In this document: piece after piece, positions 37,839 to 46,469 of the stretch
How positions within the stretch are numbered: position 1 is the first letter of the stretch
How the letters are laid out: every line of letters begins with the position of its first letter
NCBI GenBank assembly: GCA_030748735.1
Contig: JASMLK010000115.1
Coordinates: forward strand, 354 to 64,353
Direction: 5' to 3'
DNA from: Myxococcota bacterium
Lineage (GTDB): Bacteria > Myxococcota_A > UBA9160 > UBA4427
Length of the DNA: 64,000 bases
Translations under genes and position numbers: made by a program
The notes under the pieces: model-generated
Database searches by the model: none
The model's input: only the letters and a program-made list of their open reading frames with translations
Told to the model about the DNA's origin: nothing

Positions 37839-38507
37839 TCAGAGCTGCGCGCTGTCTGCTGCGGTGCGAGGGGTGCATTCGCCTGCACCCCGTGCGTCGT
37901 CGATGTAGCCATCGAACAGGCGGCGCAGGTGAAACATCTCGCCCAGGGCGAGGCCCTGCCCTACCAGGGTGGACGTGTAGAGGAGGCCGCCGACCAACGC
38001 CGATACCAGGCACGCCATCAGGCCCCAGGCACCGAGCCCCATGGTGAGCTGCACGACCGTCACCATCACGCTGAACACACCGATCAGCATGAGGATGCCG
38101 ATCGCAAAGACATAGGCGGTCCAGATTTCCGGACGCGGTTGAAACACACCGAGCACGCGCGTCGGACGAGGCCCCGCAACCGGATCGACACGGGCATCCT
38201 CGACCGTGATGTTGAGATAGGTAGACCAGAACCGCAGTTCTTCTTCCGGCAGCGTCAACACGACGTGGCGCTCAGAGAACTGCCCTTCGATCAGCTTCTC
38301 GTGGTGCGCGACGCCCCTTCGCATGGCATCCATGACGCAGTCCGCACTGCAATCGAGTTCGAGGATGAACCGCGGCCGCATGCGTGGCCAGGTCGCCGGC
38401 TCCACCAGGTCTCGCAGCTCTGGACTGGAGTCTTCCGCTTCGACCTGCATCTCATCACCTCGCAGCGTGCCCTGATCTGCAGAGACACTAGCGAGCAGGC
38501 TTGGCAA
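37839..38507 (-). CDS. Hypothetical membrane protein
   Basis: 222-aa ORF with a soluble N-domain and 2-3 C-terminal TM helices. An alternative start exists at 38450. Confidence 0.5.
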   Translation of the reverse strand: MPSLLASVSADQGTLRGDEMQVEAEDSSPELRDLVEPATWPRMRPRFILELDCSADCVMDAMRRGVAHHEKLIEGQFSERHVVLTLPEEELRFWSTYLNITVEDARVDPVAGPRPTRVLGVFQPRPEIWTAYVFAIGILMLIGVFSVMVTVVQLTMGLGAWGLMACLVSALVGGLLYTSTLVGQGLALGEMFHLRRLFDGYIDDARGAGECTPRTAADSAQL

Positions 38508-38654
38508 TGTAGACGGGGTCGCGCAAAAGCCCTCAGCGATCTTTCCCCATCACCGATCGCCACGAAGTCTTCGCCGATCAAGGTTGGCGACGTGCCGGAA
38601 CCATGGGAGAGCGTGCCCGGTTTCTACACCTCGCCATTGTCGACCAGCTGCTTT

Positions 38655-38840
38655 CTACACGTAGGACAGGTATCGCTGGTTGATCTCGCTGACGTACTTC
38701 ACCGGCTCGGCCTTCTGCATGCCGAGCATGCAAAGCTCGACTTGGCGGAACCACTTGTTCGGATCGCGGCCCTGCTGCCTGGCTCGATTGCGCGCGCGGA
38801 TCACGACGCGGGGTCCCGCGTTGTAGGCGCCGAGCGCCAT
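38655..38840 (-). pseudogene. C-terminal remnant of a lytic transglycosylase (SLT domain, MltF-like)
   Basis: MALGAYNAGPRVVIRARNRARQQGRDPNKWFRQVE... is the AYNAGxxxV tail of SLT domains. Only about 60-75 codons survive. The upstream end overlaps the 3' end of the thioesterase-like ORF in another frame. Confidence 0.5.
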
Positions 38841-39304
38841 GCGCCCGTGATCGCGCTCGCCTTGCGAACCGAGTAGAACCCCTTGCCCTCGGCAACGACT
38901 TCGCCCGCCGTGTTGCGAATGGTCGATTCGAGTTCGAAGTCGCAGCGACCGTCTGCCGCCAGGGCAGCTCGCATCGCCGCCGCCTCACTCTCCGAGAACT
39001 TCGTTTCGGCGGTGATGTCCGTAGTAGCCGGGCGCTTGAAGTCGATCTCGAATCGCTTCACCACGGGAAGCAGGCTGCGGTCTTCTGGTTTCACGGCGAT
39101 CCAGACCAGCCCGCCCAGCGCTTCGAGCGACGCCCACTGCAATGCCGCGTGGACCGTGTCGAAGTGATTGCTGTTCTCTTCGTTCAAGGGCACGGCAGCG
39201 CGGTAGACACCGCCGGATGCGCTCTCGACCTTGAAGTCCATGTATTCGTAGATCGGGAAATTCTTGCGGAGACTCCGCTCCACTCGCGCCTCGAAGTCGG
39301 CCAT
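38801..39304 (-). CDS. Hotdog-fold thioesterase-like protein (YiiD C-terminal-like)
   Basis: ATG 39304 follows GAGGAAG. FPIYEYMDFKVESASGGVYRAAVPLNEENSNHFDTVHAALQW... The last roughly 15 codons look like read-through into the adjacent SLT remnant. Confidence 0.6.
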   Translation of the reverse strand: MADFEARVERSLRKNFPIYEYMDFKVESASGGVYRAAVPLNEENSNHFDTVHAALQWASLEALGGLVWIAVKPEDRSLLPVVKRFEIDFKRPATTDITAETKFSESEAAAMRAALAADGRCDFELESTIRNTAGEVVAEGKGFYSVRKASAITGAWRSAPTTRDPAS

Positions 39305-39498
39305 GTCGATCTTCCTCACGGGCTACAGCCCACATCGTTCAGCGGGTCGTCCGCAGCACGATCCCCAGAGCTTCGCGGTTCGAGCTGCGACCGACAACAG
39401 CGAAGGCGACGGCGGCGCGTTTCGAAGGTAGGATGAAGCGCTCAGGACGAGCCGGAGGCCGACGGATCGTGACGACGAAGACGACGCCGAAAGGCAGC

Positions 39499-40662
39499 AT
39501 GCGGGAAGCATTCGACTCCCTGCGTGCCGAAGAGCTCTGGCGCTCGGATCGCATCAAGTGGCGGCTGTTCGGCGATGAAGTGCTGCCGGCCTGGGTTGCC
39601 GACATGGACTTCCCCGTCGCTTCGCCAATTCGAGAGGCCCTGCGGGAACTCATCGAGCGCAACGATCTCGGCTACCACTTCGTACCGCTTTCGCCTCGAT
39701 TGCGTGAGGCGTTGGTCGCGCGGATGAATGAACGCTTCGCGTGGCAGGTCGAGCCTTCACGAATCGTCCCCCTGGTGAACGTCGTGCAGGGACTCGACCT
39801 TTCGGTCGCACTCCACAGTCGTCCCGGAGAAGGGGTGATCGTGCAGACGCCGATCTACCCGCCCTTCCTCGAAGCTGTGCGGGACGGTGGTCGCCAGCTG
39901 GTCGAGAACAAGCTCTTGCGTGGAGACGCCCGCTACGAGATCGACTTCGATCGACTGCGTGCAGACGTCACCCCCGACACGCGCGTCTTCCTGCTCTGCA
40001 ACCCCCACAATCCCACCGGGCGGGTGTTCGAACGCGAGGAACTCGTCGCCATCGCGGCGTTTGCAGAAGAACACGACTTGATCGTCGTTTCCGACGAGAT
40101 CCACGCCGACCTCGCCTACCCCGGCTACACCCACACGCCGTTCGCAACCCTCGGCCCCGAAGTCGCGGAACGCACCATCACCCTCACGGCGGCCACCAAG
40201 GCGTTCAATCTCGCGGGTCTGCCGTGCGCGTTTGCGATATTCGGAAGCGATCGCACCCAGAAACCCTTCGACGATCTACCGCCACACATCATCGGCCACT
40301 GCGGCATGCTCGACGACGCCGCCACGTTCACGGCCTGGACGAAGGGCGAGGCCTGGTTGGACGAAGTGCTCGCCTACCTGCTCGGGAACCGCGACCGGGT
40401 CATGGACTTCGTCGCGACTCGTTTGCCCGGCGTACACACCCTGCCCCCCGAAGCGACCTACCTGGCCTGGCTCGACTGTCGCGAACTCGATTGCGAAGAC
40501 CCCTTCCGCTTCTTTCTGAAGGATGCGCGCGTTGCACTCAGCAACGGGCGCGACTTCGGCGGCCCGGGCGAGGGATTCGTCCGCCTCAACTTCGCAACGT
40601 CGAGGTCGATCCTGGATGGTGTGCTGGAGCGGATGGCGGGGGCCCTTGCGAAGACCGGCTGA
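39499..40662 (+). CDS. MalY/PatB-type PLP-dependent C-S lyase (class I/II aminotransferase fold)
   Basis: SDRIKWRLFGDEVLPAWVADMDFPVASPI..., NPHNPTGRVF, and TLTAATKAFNLAGL (PLP lysine). Confidence 0.8.
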   Translation: MREAFDSLRAEELWRSDRIKWRLFGDEVLPAWVADMDFPVASPIREALRELIERNDLGYHFVPLSPRLREALVARMNERFAWQVEPSRIVPLVNVVQGLDLSVALHSRPGEGVIVQTPIYPPFLEAVRDGGRQLVENKLLRGDARYEIDFDRLRADVTPDTRVFLLCNPHNPTGRVFEREELVAIAAFAEEHDLIVVSDEIHADLAYPGYTHTPFATLGPEVAERTITLTAATKAFNLAGLPCAFAIFGSDRTQKPFDDLPPHIIGHCGMLDDAATFTAWTKGEAWLDEVLAYLLGNRDRVMDFVATRLPGVHTLPPEATYLAWLDCRELDCEDPFRFFLKDARVALSNGRDFGGPGEGFVRLNFATSRSILDGVLERMAGALAKTG

Positions 40663-40857
40663 TACCCGAAGTGATCGCTCGGGGCACCCGTCGTGCTTGC
40701 ATCGCCAGCCTCGCGCTTCGGCGGTCTCGCGATTCGACAGGACGCAACGGTTTCTGCGCTGCAACTCACAGCGCATCGGCCCTTCGAGTGGGAACTCTTG
40801 CTCTTCGACCTACCCCGCAGGTCAATCGAACATCAATCCAAAGAGAGGCATTGAATC

Positions 40858-41090
40858 ATGGGACTGCTCGTCGAAGGGAAATGGACCGACCAGTGGTACG
40901 ACAGCGAGTCGACCGGTGGACGCTTCGTCCGCAAGGAAAGCCCGTTTCGCCAGTGGGTCCGGGCCGACGGTTCGACCCCCTTTCTCCCGGAACCCGGGCG
41001 CTATCACCTTCTACGCCTCGCTTGCCTGTCCGTGGGCGCACCGGACGTTGGTCTTGCGAAAGCTCAAGGGGCTCGACGGCGTGGGATGGA
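40858..41090 (+). pseudogene. Frameshifted and truncated glutathionyl-hydroquinone reductase (YqjG / Xi-class GST) gene
   Basis: MGLLVEGKWTDQWYDSESTGGRFVRKESPFRQWVRADG...PGRYHL continues in the +1 frame as YASLACPWAHRTLVLRKLKGLDGV (catalytic CPWAHR). There is a one-base insertion near 41010. Similarity ends near 41085, before the convergent dehalogenase gene. Confidence 0.65.
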
Positions 41091-41119
41091 CCGAGCAAGA
41101 GAGCGATTTCCGAGGCCTC

Positions 41120-42133
41120 TCAGCTCTCCGCGATGAAGTCAGCGACGATCTTCGCGAGTTCGTCCCCTCGACCTTCCTGCAGGAAGTGACCGCCACCGGC
41201 GATCTTGGGATGCGTGCGGCCCGCGGCACCGGGAACGCGACCGATGAAGGCGTGTTCGCCGCCGGCCGTAACAGGGTCGTTGTCCGCGAAGGCGCAGAGG
41301 AAGGGCTTGCGAAAGCCTTCGAGGGCCTTCCACGCGGCTTCGTTGGCGGCCGTCGATGGATCGCCGCGCAGGGTCGGGACGTGACTCGGCATGGCCCGAC
41401 AGCCCATCTTGAAGGAAGGATCCGGGAAGGGTGCCTCGTAGGCCGCGACCTCTTCCGGTGTCAGCGTGCGCCCATCGACCATGCCGCCAACGACGAGGCT
41501 CACGGGAAGGTCCTCCGTTTCCCAGCACCACTTCTGCCAATGGGCGAAGACCATCTCGGGTGCGTTTGGATCCCCGGCTGACATGGCTTGAAACATCTCC
41601 GCCATCTCCGGCGTGGGTTGGTTGTCTCGAAAGTCACGAACCCTGGCGATGCGTTCGTCCGACATCGAAGCGTCCGGCACGGGCAGGCCCGTATTCGCGA
41701 CGACGACGCGATCGAATCGATCGGGGTTCTCGGCAACCAGACGTAGGCCGATCAAGCCTCCCCAGTCTTGACCGACGATGTTGAGGCCGCGGAAGTCGTT
41801 CTGCACGAGCCAGGCGGTCATCCAGTCGACTTGATGCTGAAAGCTGTAGTCCTCGCGTCGCGAGGGCTTGTCGCTGCGGCCGTAACCGACGAGGTCGGGC
41901 GCGATCACGCGGTGCCCCCGCGACGTGAGCGCTTCGATCATGTGTCGGTAGAGATAGCTCCAGCTCGGCTGCCCGTGCATGCACAGGACGATCTCGCCGT
42001 CGCGAGGCCCCTCGTCTACGTGGTGGATGCGAAGCGTCCCACCTTCACCGTCGGGCACGTCGGTGTAGTGAGGTGCGTAGTGCCAGCCTGGAAGGTTTTC
42101 GAAACGCTCGTCGGGGGTTCGCAGGCACTTCAT
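41120..42133 (-). CDS. Haloalkane dehalogenase-like alpha/beta hydrolase
   Basis: RTPDERFENLPGWHYAPHY...IHHVDEGP..., HGQPSWSYLYR, and nucleophile elbow GQDWGG. Confidence 0.8.
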   Translation of the reverse strand: MKCLRTPDERFENLPGWHYAPHYTDVPDGEGGTLRIHHVDEGPRDGEIVLCMHGQPSWSYLYRHMIEALTSRGHRVIAPDLVGYGRSDKPSRREDYSFQHQVDWMTAWLVQNDFRGLNIVGQDWGGLIGLRLVAENPDRFDRVVVANTGLPVPDASMSDERIARVRDFRDNQPTPEMAEMFQAMSAGDPNAPEMVFAHWQKWCWETEDLPVSLVVGGMVDGRTLTPEEVAAYEAPFPDPSFKMGCRAMPSHVPTLRGDPSTAANEAAWKALEGFRKPFLCAFADNDPVTAGGEHAFIGRVPGAAGRTHPKIAGGGHFLQEGRGDELAKIVADFIAES

Positions 42134-42222
42134 GCCTCAATCTCCTTGCTGATTCGAGGGCGAGCAGCTCGCAATGCGGCTGCTGACGATCGACCAGCCG
42201 GTTGTTCGAATCGGGGTCCGGG

Positions 42223-43452
42223 TCAGCCACTCGACTTCTCGCTCAACACCCCGCGAATGGTGAGCTTACCGAGCTGCGACATGTGGACCTCGTCGGGGCC
42301 GTCGGCGATGCGACAGAAGCGCGCATGGTTGAAGACGTCCGGCAGCAACGTGTCCTGGCACACCCCCATGCCTCCGAAGACCTGGATCGCGCGACTGGCG
42401 ACGTTTTCCGCCATCTGCGGACCCACGATCTTCACCATCGAGATGTAGTCCTTCGCGCCCTTCGGACCTTCGCGGTCCATCTTCTCCGCCGCCGCGAGCA
42501 CGAGCAGACGGCCCTGCTCGATCTCGCAGCGCGAGCGTGCGATTTCGTGCTGGACGCTCGTCTTGGCGTTGAGCGTTTCGCCGAACGCCTCGCGCTGGGT
42601 CGCGCGCTCGCACATCAACTCGAGGCAGCGCTGCGCGAGCCCCACGAAGGTCATCGCGTACTGGAAGCGGCCGGGGCCGAGACGTCCCTGGGCGATCTCG
42701 AAGCCACAGCCTTCGCCCTTGATCATGTTCGAAACCGGCACACGAACGTCGGTAAAGCTGCAGTCGCCTTCGCCTCCCGGCGAGTGGTAACCACCGAAGA
42801 CCTTGAGTGCCCGCTCGACCTTGAAGCCGGGCGTGTCGGTCGGCACCAGGATCGTCGAGTGCTGGGTGTGGCGATCGTTTTCGGGATTCGACTTTCCCAT
42901 CACGAGCATCACCTTGCAGTCGGGATTGACGACACCCGTCGTCCACCACTTGCGCCCGTTCAACACGTACTCGTCACCGTCGCGCTTGATCTCGAGTTCC
43001 ATGTTGGTCGCGTCCGAAGAGGCGACCTGCGGTTCGGTCATGGCGTAGGCCGAGCGGATCTCGCCGTCGAGCAGCGGCTGCAGCCACTTGTCCTGCTGTT
43101 CTTTCGAACCGTACTTCGCGAGCACTTCCATGTTGCCGCGATCGGGCGCGCTGCAGTTGAAGATGCTCTGCGCCCAGCCGACGCGCGACATCGTCTCGAA
43201 GACGTGTGCGATCTCGACGTTCGTGAGCCCGGGGCTCCAGGGCTTGTACTCCTCCGGCAGGAAGAGATTCCACAGGCCCTGCTCGCGCGCCTTCGCCTTC
43301 AGCTCGCGAACGAAGGGCGGCGTCTTCCAGAGGTTGTTCTGGTCGGTGACGAATTCTTCGTACTCGTGCTCGCGAGGGAAGATGTGCTCGTCCATGAACG
43401 CTTCGAGGTGCGAGCGAATTTCCAGGACGCGCTCACTCGGTTCGAATCCCAT
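42223..43452 (-). CDS. Acyl-CoA dehydrogenase family protein
   Basis: ATG 43452 follows AGGAGA. ACAD N, middle and C-terminal domains (AMTEPQVASSDATN..., ...IADGPDEVH). Confidence 0.85.
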   Translation of the reverse strand: MGFEPSERVLEIRSHLEAFMDEHIFPREHEYEEFVTDQNNLWKTPPFVRELKAKAREQGLWNLFLPEEYKPWSPGLTNVEIAHVFETMSRVGWAQSIFNCSAPDRGNMEVLAKYGSKEQQDKWLQPLLDGEIRSAYAMTEPQVASSDATNMELEIKRDGDEYVLNGRKWWTTGVVNPDCKVMLVMGKSNPENDRHTQHSTILVPTDTPGFKVERALKVFGGYHSPGGEGDCSFTDVRVPVSNMIKGEGCGFEIAQGRLGPGRFQYAMTFVGLAQRCLELMCERATQREAFGETLNAKTSVQHEIARSRCEIEQGRLLVLAAAEKMDREGPKGAKDYISMVKIVGPQMAENVASRAIQVFGGMGVCQDTLLPDVFNHARFCRIADGPDEVHMSQLGKLTIRGVLSEKSSG

Positions 43453-43500
43453 GTTTGGATCTCCTATTCGTTGTCTGCGCGGCTTTCGCCGCACAGCCCC

Positions 43501-44166
43501 CTAGCCGTCGCCCTCGAACCCGGCCGCAACCTCGGCGTTGAGTGTTCGCTTGAGTTTCCCAAAAATGCCCCGTTCCTTGCTCGCCAGCTCACTCGCGAGC
43601 TTCTTCGCTTCGGCGACGAGTTCCGCCTCCGAAGCCATCGCATCGGCGATCCCGGCAGCGACAGCCTCGTCGGCGGGGTAGCGGTGACCACTCAAGATGG
43701 CGTTGCGCGCAACCTGCGGCGTGACCTTCGCCTTCAGCAGGTTCGTCATCGGCGCGCCGATGGGCACGCCGACATCCACCTCGGAAATGCAGAACCATCC
43801 GCGGTCGGCGCGCATGACGCGGTAGTCGCAGGCGAGAGCCAGAAAGGCGCCGGCTGCAAAGGCGTGGCCGTTCAATGCTGCGACCGTCGGAACGGGGAGC
43901 AACAGCAGTCGCCGCATGATCTCCATCATCGAGCGGCTGAAGCGTCCGCGCGCTTCGCCTTCGAGCCCCATCACGACTTCGACGTTGAGACCGCTGCAGA
44001 AGAACTTGCCGTGGCCTGTCAGGACCATGCCGGCGTCTCCCTCGCAATCTGCTTCGATTGCCGCGAGGACTTCGAGCATTCGCTCCTGCCATTCCGGGTA
44101 GACCGTATTCGGTCCGTCGTTGAGCGTGACGACGTGGATCGCGCCGTCGCGTTCGAGGTCGATCAT
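43501..44166 (-). CDS. Enoyl-CoA hydratase/isomerase (crotonase) family protein
   Basis: ORF 43501..44238. The start at MIDLERDGAIHVVTLNDG (44166) was chosen by alignment with the paralog MIDLKRDGNIYTLTMNDG. FFCSGLNV, LNGHAFAAGAFLALACD. Confidence 0.75.
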   Translation of the reverse strand: MIDLERDGAIHVVTLNDGPNTVYPEWQERMLEVLAAIEADCEGDAGMVLTGHGKFFCSGLNVEVVMGLEGEARGRFSRSMMEIMRRLLLLPVPTVAALNGHAFAAGAFLALACDYRVMRADRGWFCISEVDVGVPIGAPMTNLLKAKVTPQVARNAILSGHRYPADEAVAAGIADAMASEAELVAEAKKLASELASKERGIFGKLKRTLNAEVAAGFEGDG

Positions 44167-44309
44167 CTGGAGGGGGGTCGGAAGCGCCACGTCGAACCTC
44201 TTTCCAGGCGCATCGGAGCGCCCTGCCAGGTTTGCCATCCCAGGAATAGGAGATATAACCTAGACCGTCAATTCCTCGACCCAGGGACGGCCTCGGAGAA
44301 TCGAAACCC

Positions 44310-44978
44310 ATGGCGGATCGCACGTCGACACCGGAGCGAATACTCGACGCCAGTCGCAGGCTCTTCAACGAGAAGGGCTATGCCGCAACGACGCTCGCGG
44401 AGATCGCAGCGAGCGTGGGAATCGCACCGGGCAACCTGACGTATCACTTCCCGACCAAGCGCGACCTCGTGGCGGAACTCGAAAGGCGCATGCGCGAGAC
44501 CGTACGGGCGGGGCGAGAGCGCTCAGGGCGCGGCGATGTCGCCGACGAGTACGTCGAGCGCGTCTTGCTGTCCATGAACCACGCGTGGGAGAATCGGTTC
44601 TTTCTGCGCGACTACGCCCAGTTCACGAACAACCCCGACGCACTCCGGCGAGACCCCGACATGGCCGCCGATCTCGAGCAACTCCACTCGCTGCTGCGTC
44701 GCATGCAGAAGGATGGCTTGTTCCGTCGCGATCTGGATTTCGATCTACGCGTGCTGGCCCGCTCTCTCTGGATCGTCAGCCGCTACTGGATGGATCACCT
44801 GCGCGAAATGGAAGGCCTCGACCAGGTCACCTGGGCGGACCAGGAGCGCGGTTTCCAACACCACTTCGGCGTACTGCTCCCCTATCTCACCGCGTCGGCA
44901 CGACGCGACCTCGAATCTGCCGTGGTTCGGGTCGCGAGCAAGCTGGCCGTCGAAGAAGAAAGGAACAACCATGATTGA
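44310..44978 (+). CDS. TetR/AcrR family transcriptional regulator
   Basis: N-terminal HTH (ILDASRRLFNEKGYAATTLAEIAASVGIAPGNLTYHFPTKRDL). The stop overlaps the start of the next gene (ATGATTGA). Confidence 0.85.
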   Translation: MADRTSTPERILDASRRLFNEKGYAATTLAEIAASVGIAPGNLTYHFPTKRDLVAELERRMRETVRAGRERSGRGDVADEYVERVLLSMNHAWENRFFLRDYAQFTNNPDALRRDPDMAADLEQLHSLLRRMQKDGLFRRDLDFDLRVLARSLWIVSRYWMDHLREMEGLDQVTWADQERGFQHHFGVLLPYLTASARRDLESAVVRVASKLAVEEERNNHD

Positions 44979-45723
44979 CTTGTTGCTCGGCTGGGCGTCA
45001 CTCGCCGTCTTTGCGGCTGCGATGCGACTGTGGATTGCCAACATCAAACGCGTCGAAATCCCCGAGAATCGCAGCGGCTTCGTTGCGGCCTGGCTCGCTG
45101 CGGTGGGCCTGGGCGTGGTTGCGCTCGCAGGCGAACCCGGCTGGCTCGGCGGCATTCCCGCCAGCCTCGGCGTCTTCGCGTCTTCGTTCGTCCTGTTCAC
45201 CGTCACCATCAGCAAGCAGAAGGTTGGCAGCGACGCGATTCGAGTTGGTGCCACGATTCCAGCGTTCACGGCCACCGATGAACACGGCGAGACGTTCGAC
45301 TCCGCGAGCCTGGCCGGGCATCCGGTGCTCATCAAGTTCTTCCGCGCTCACTGGTGACCCTACTGTGTCGCCGAGTTACGGCGATGGGAAGAACTGAGGC
45401 CCGAGTTCGACGCCCGCGGAGTGCAGATCCTGACGGTCAGCACCGACACGCCCGAAGAACTCGCCAAGGGACACCCGCGGCATCGCATTGGCGCCACGAT
45501 GCTCTCGGATCGAAACCTCGAGGTGACCGACCGCTTCGGCCTGCGCAATGCGGGCATTCACTCGGGGCCGCCCCCGCCGATCGCACCGAAAGCCCTCCCC
45601 GTCCCAACGTCCTTGCTCGTCGACGCAGAGGGAACGGTGCTGTGGATGGACCAGTCCGAGAACTACCAGCGCCGTTCGGAACCCGACCACGTGCTCGGGG
45701 CGCTGCGCGAGCACCTGGGCTGA
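44971..45723 (+). CDS. Membrane-anchored peroxiredoxin-like redoxin (AhpC/TSA-redoxin fold), predicted selenoprotein with Sec encoded by TGA 45355-45357
   Basis: ORFs 44713..45357 and 45421..45723 share one frame and are separated only by TGA. Read-through gives GHPVLIKFFRAHW-U-PYCVAELRRWEELRPEFDARGVQILTVSTD, with the TGA at the first Cys of WCPxC. A hairpin sits 9 nt downstream. ATG 44971 follows GAAAGGAA. Three N-terminal TM helices. Confidence 0.7.
45367..45385 (+). promoter_or_regulatory. Candidate bacterial SECIS hairpin
   Basis: GUCGCCG-AGUUA-CGGCGAU (7 bp including one G.U). The stem starts 9 nt after the UGA. Loop G-U lies within the +17..+21 window. Confidence 0.5.
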
Positions 45724-45739
45724 ACCGAAGCGCTGAATC

Positions 45740-46438
45740 ATGATCGCGACGCTTGCGAAATGGTTGGTACGAATCGTGATTGCTCTCGCGATCATGATCC
45801 TGGCCGCCTTCGGGCAGCTGTTCTTCTCTTCGCGGCCCCCACTCACGACCGATCCCGCAACGTTGGCAGGCGATGGGAGCACCATCGACTACTGCGATCT
45901 GCCCGTGCTCGACGGCAGCGCGAAGACGGCGGCCGACATCGCCAAGGGGAACACGCCCGGCTGCGGCTACAGCCACTTCCCGCTCCCGATCCTGGCTGAA
46001 TGCACCGAGCCACTACCGCAAGAGGCGGCGGACATCCGCGGTCTCTGGTTCGGTGTCGGGGGTAGACACATCGGTCATGTCGAGCGCATCGAACAGTGCG
46101 GCCGGCGCACGGTGGTTACCTCTTCGGGGCTCATCCACGACGCCGGCCCGAACAGCACCGCCGGAGAGACCACGAATGACACCGAAGGCGGGGTGCTGTT
46201 CACGATCGGCGATCGCGAATACTGCCCGCGAACGTCGGCCAGCATGATCTGGAACGACGGCGTGCTCGACTTTCACGTATTCGGTTGGGGGCCGGTCGTC
46301 GTGCAGCGGTATCTCGATGGCGACCAACTCGTGTGGGAATACGCCGACGGCAGCGTCACGCGTATGGATCGCATCTGCACCCTGCCCGACGACCAGAAGG
46401 TGCCGAGACCGAGGGGCCCTCGGTATTCATTCTTCTAG
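45740..46438 (+). CDS. Hypothetical membrane-anchored Cys-rich protein
   Basis: 232-aa ORF with an N-terminal TM helix and 7 Cys residues. It lies directly downstream of the predicted selenoprotein. Confidence 0.55.
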   Translation: MIATLAKWLVRIVIALAIMILAAFGQLFFSSRPPLTTDPATLAGDGSTIDYCDLPVLDGSAKTAADIAKGNTPGCGYSHFPLPILAECTEPLPQEAADIRGLWFGVGGRHIGHVERIEQCGRRTVVTSSGLIHDAGPNSTAGETTNDTEGGVLFTIGDREYCPRTSASMIWNDGVLDFHVFGWGPVVVQRYLDGDQLVWEYADGSVTRMDRICTLPDDQKVPRPRGPRYSFF

Positions 46439-46469
46439 CCCGTTTCGACCGTTGCCTGGAGAACAGTTC

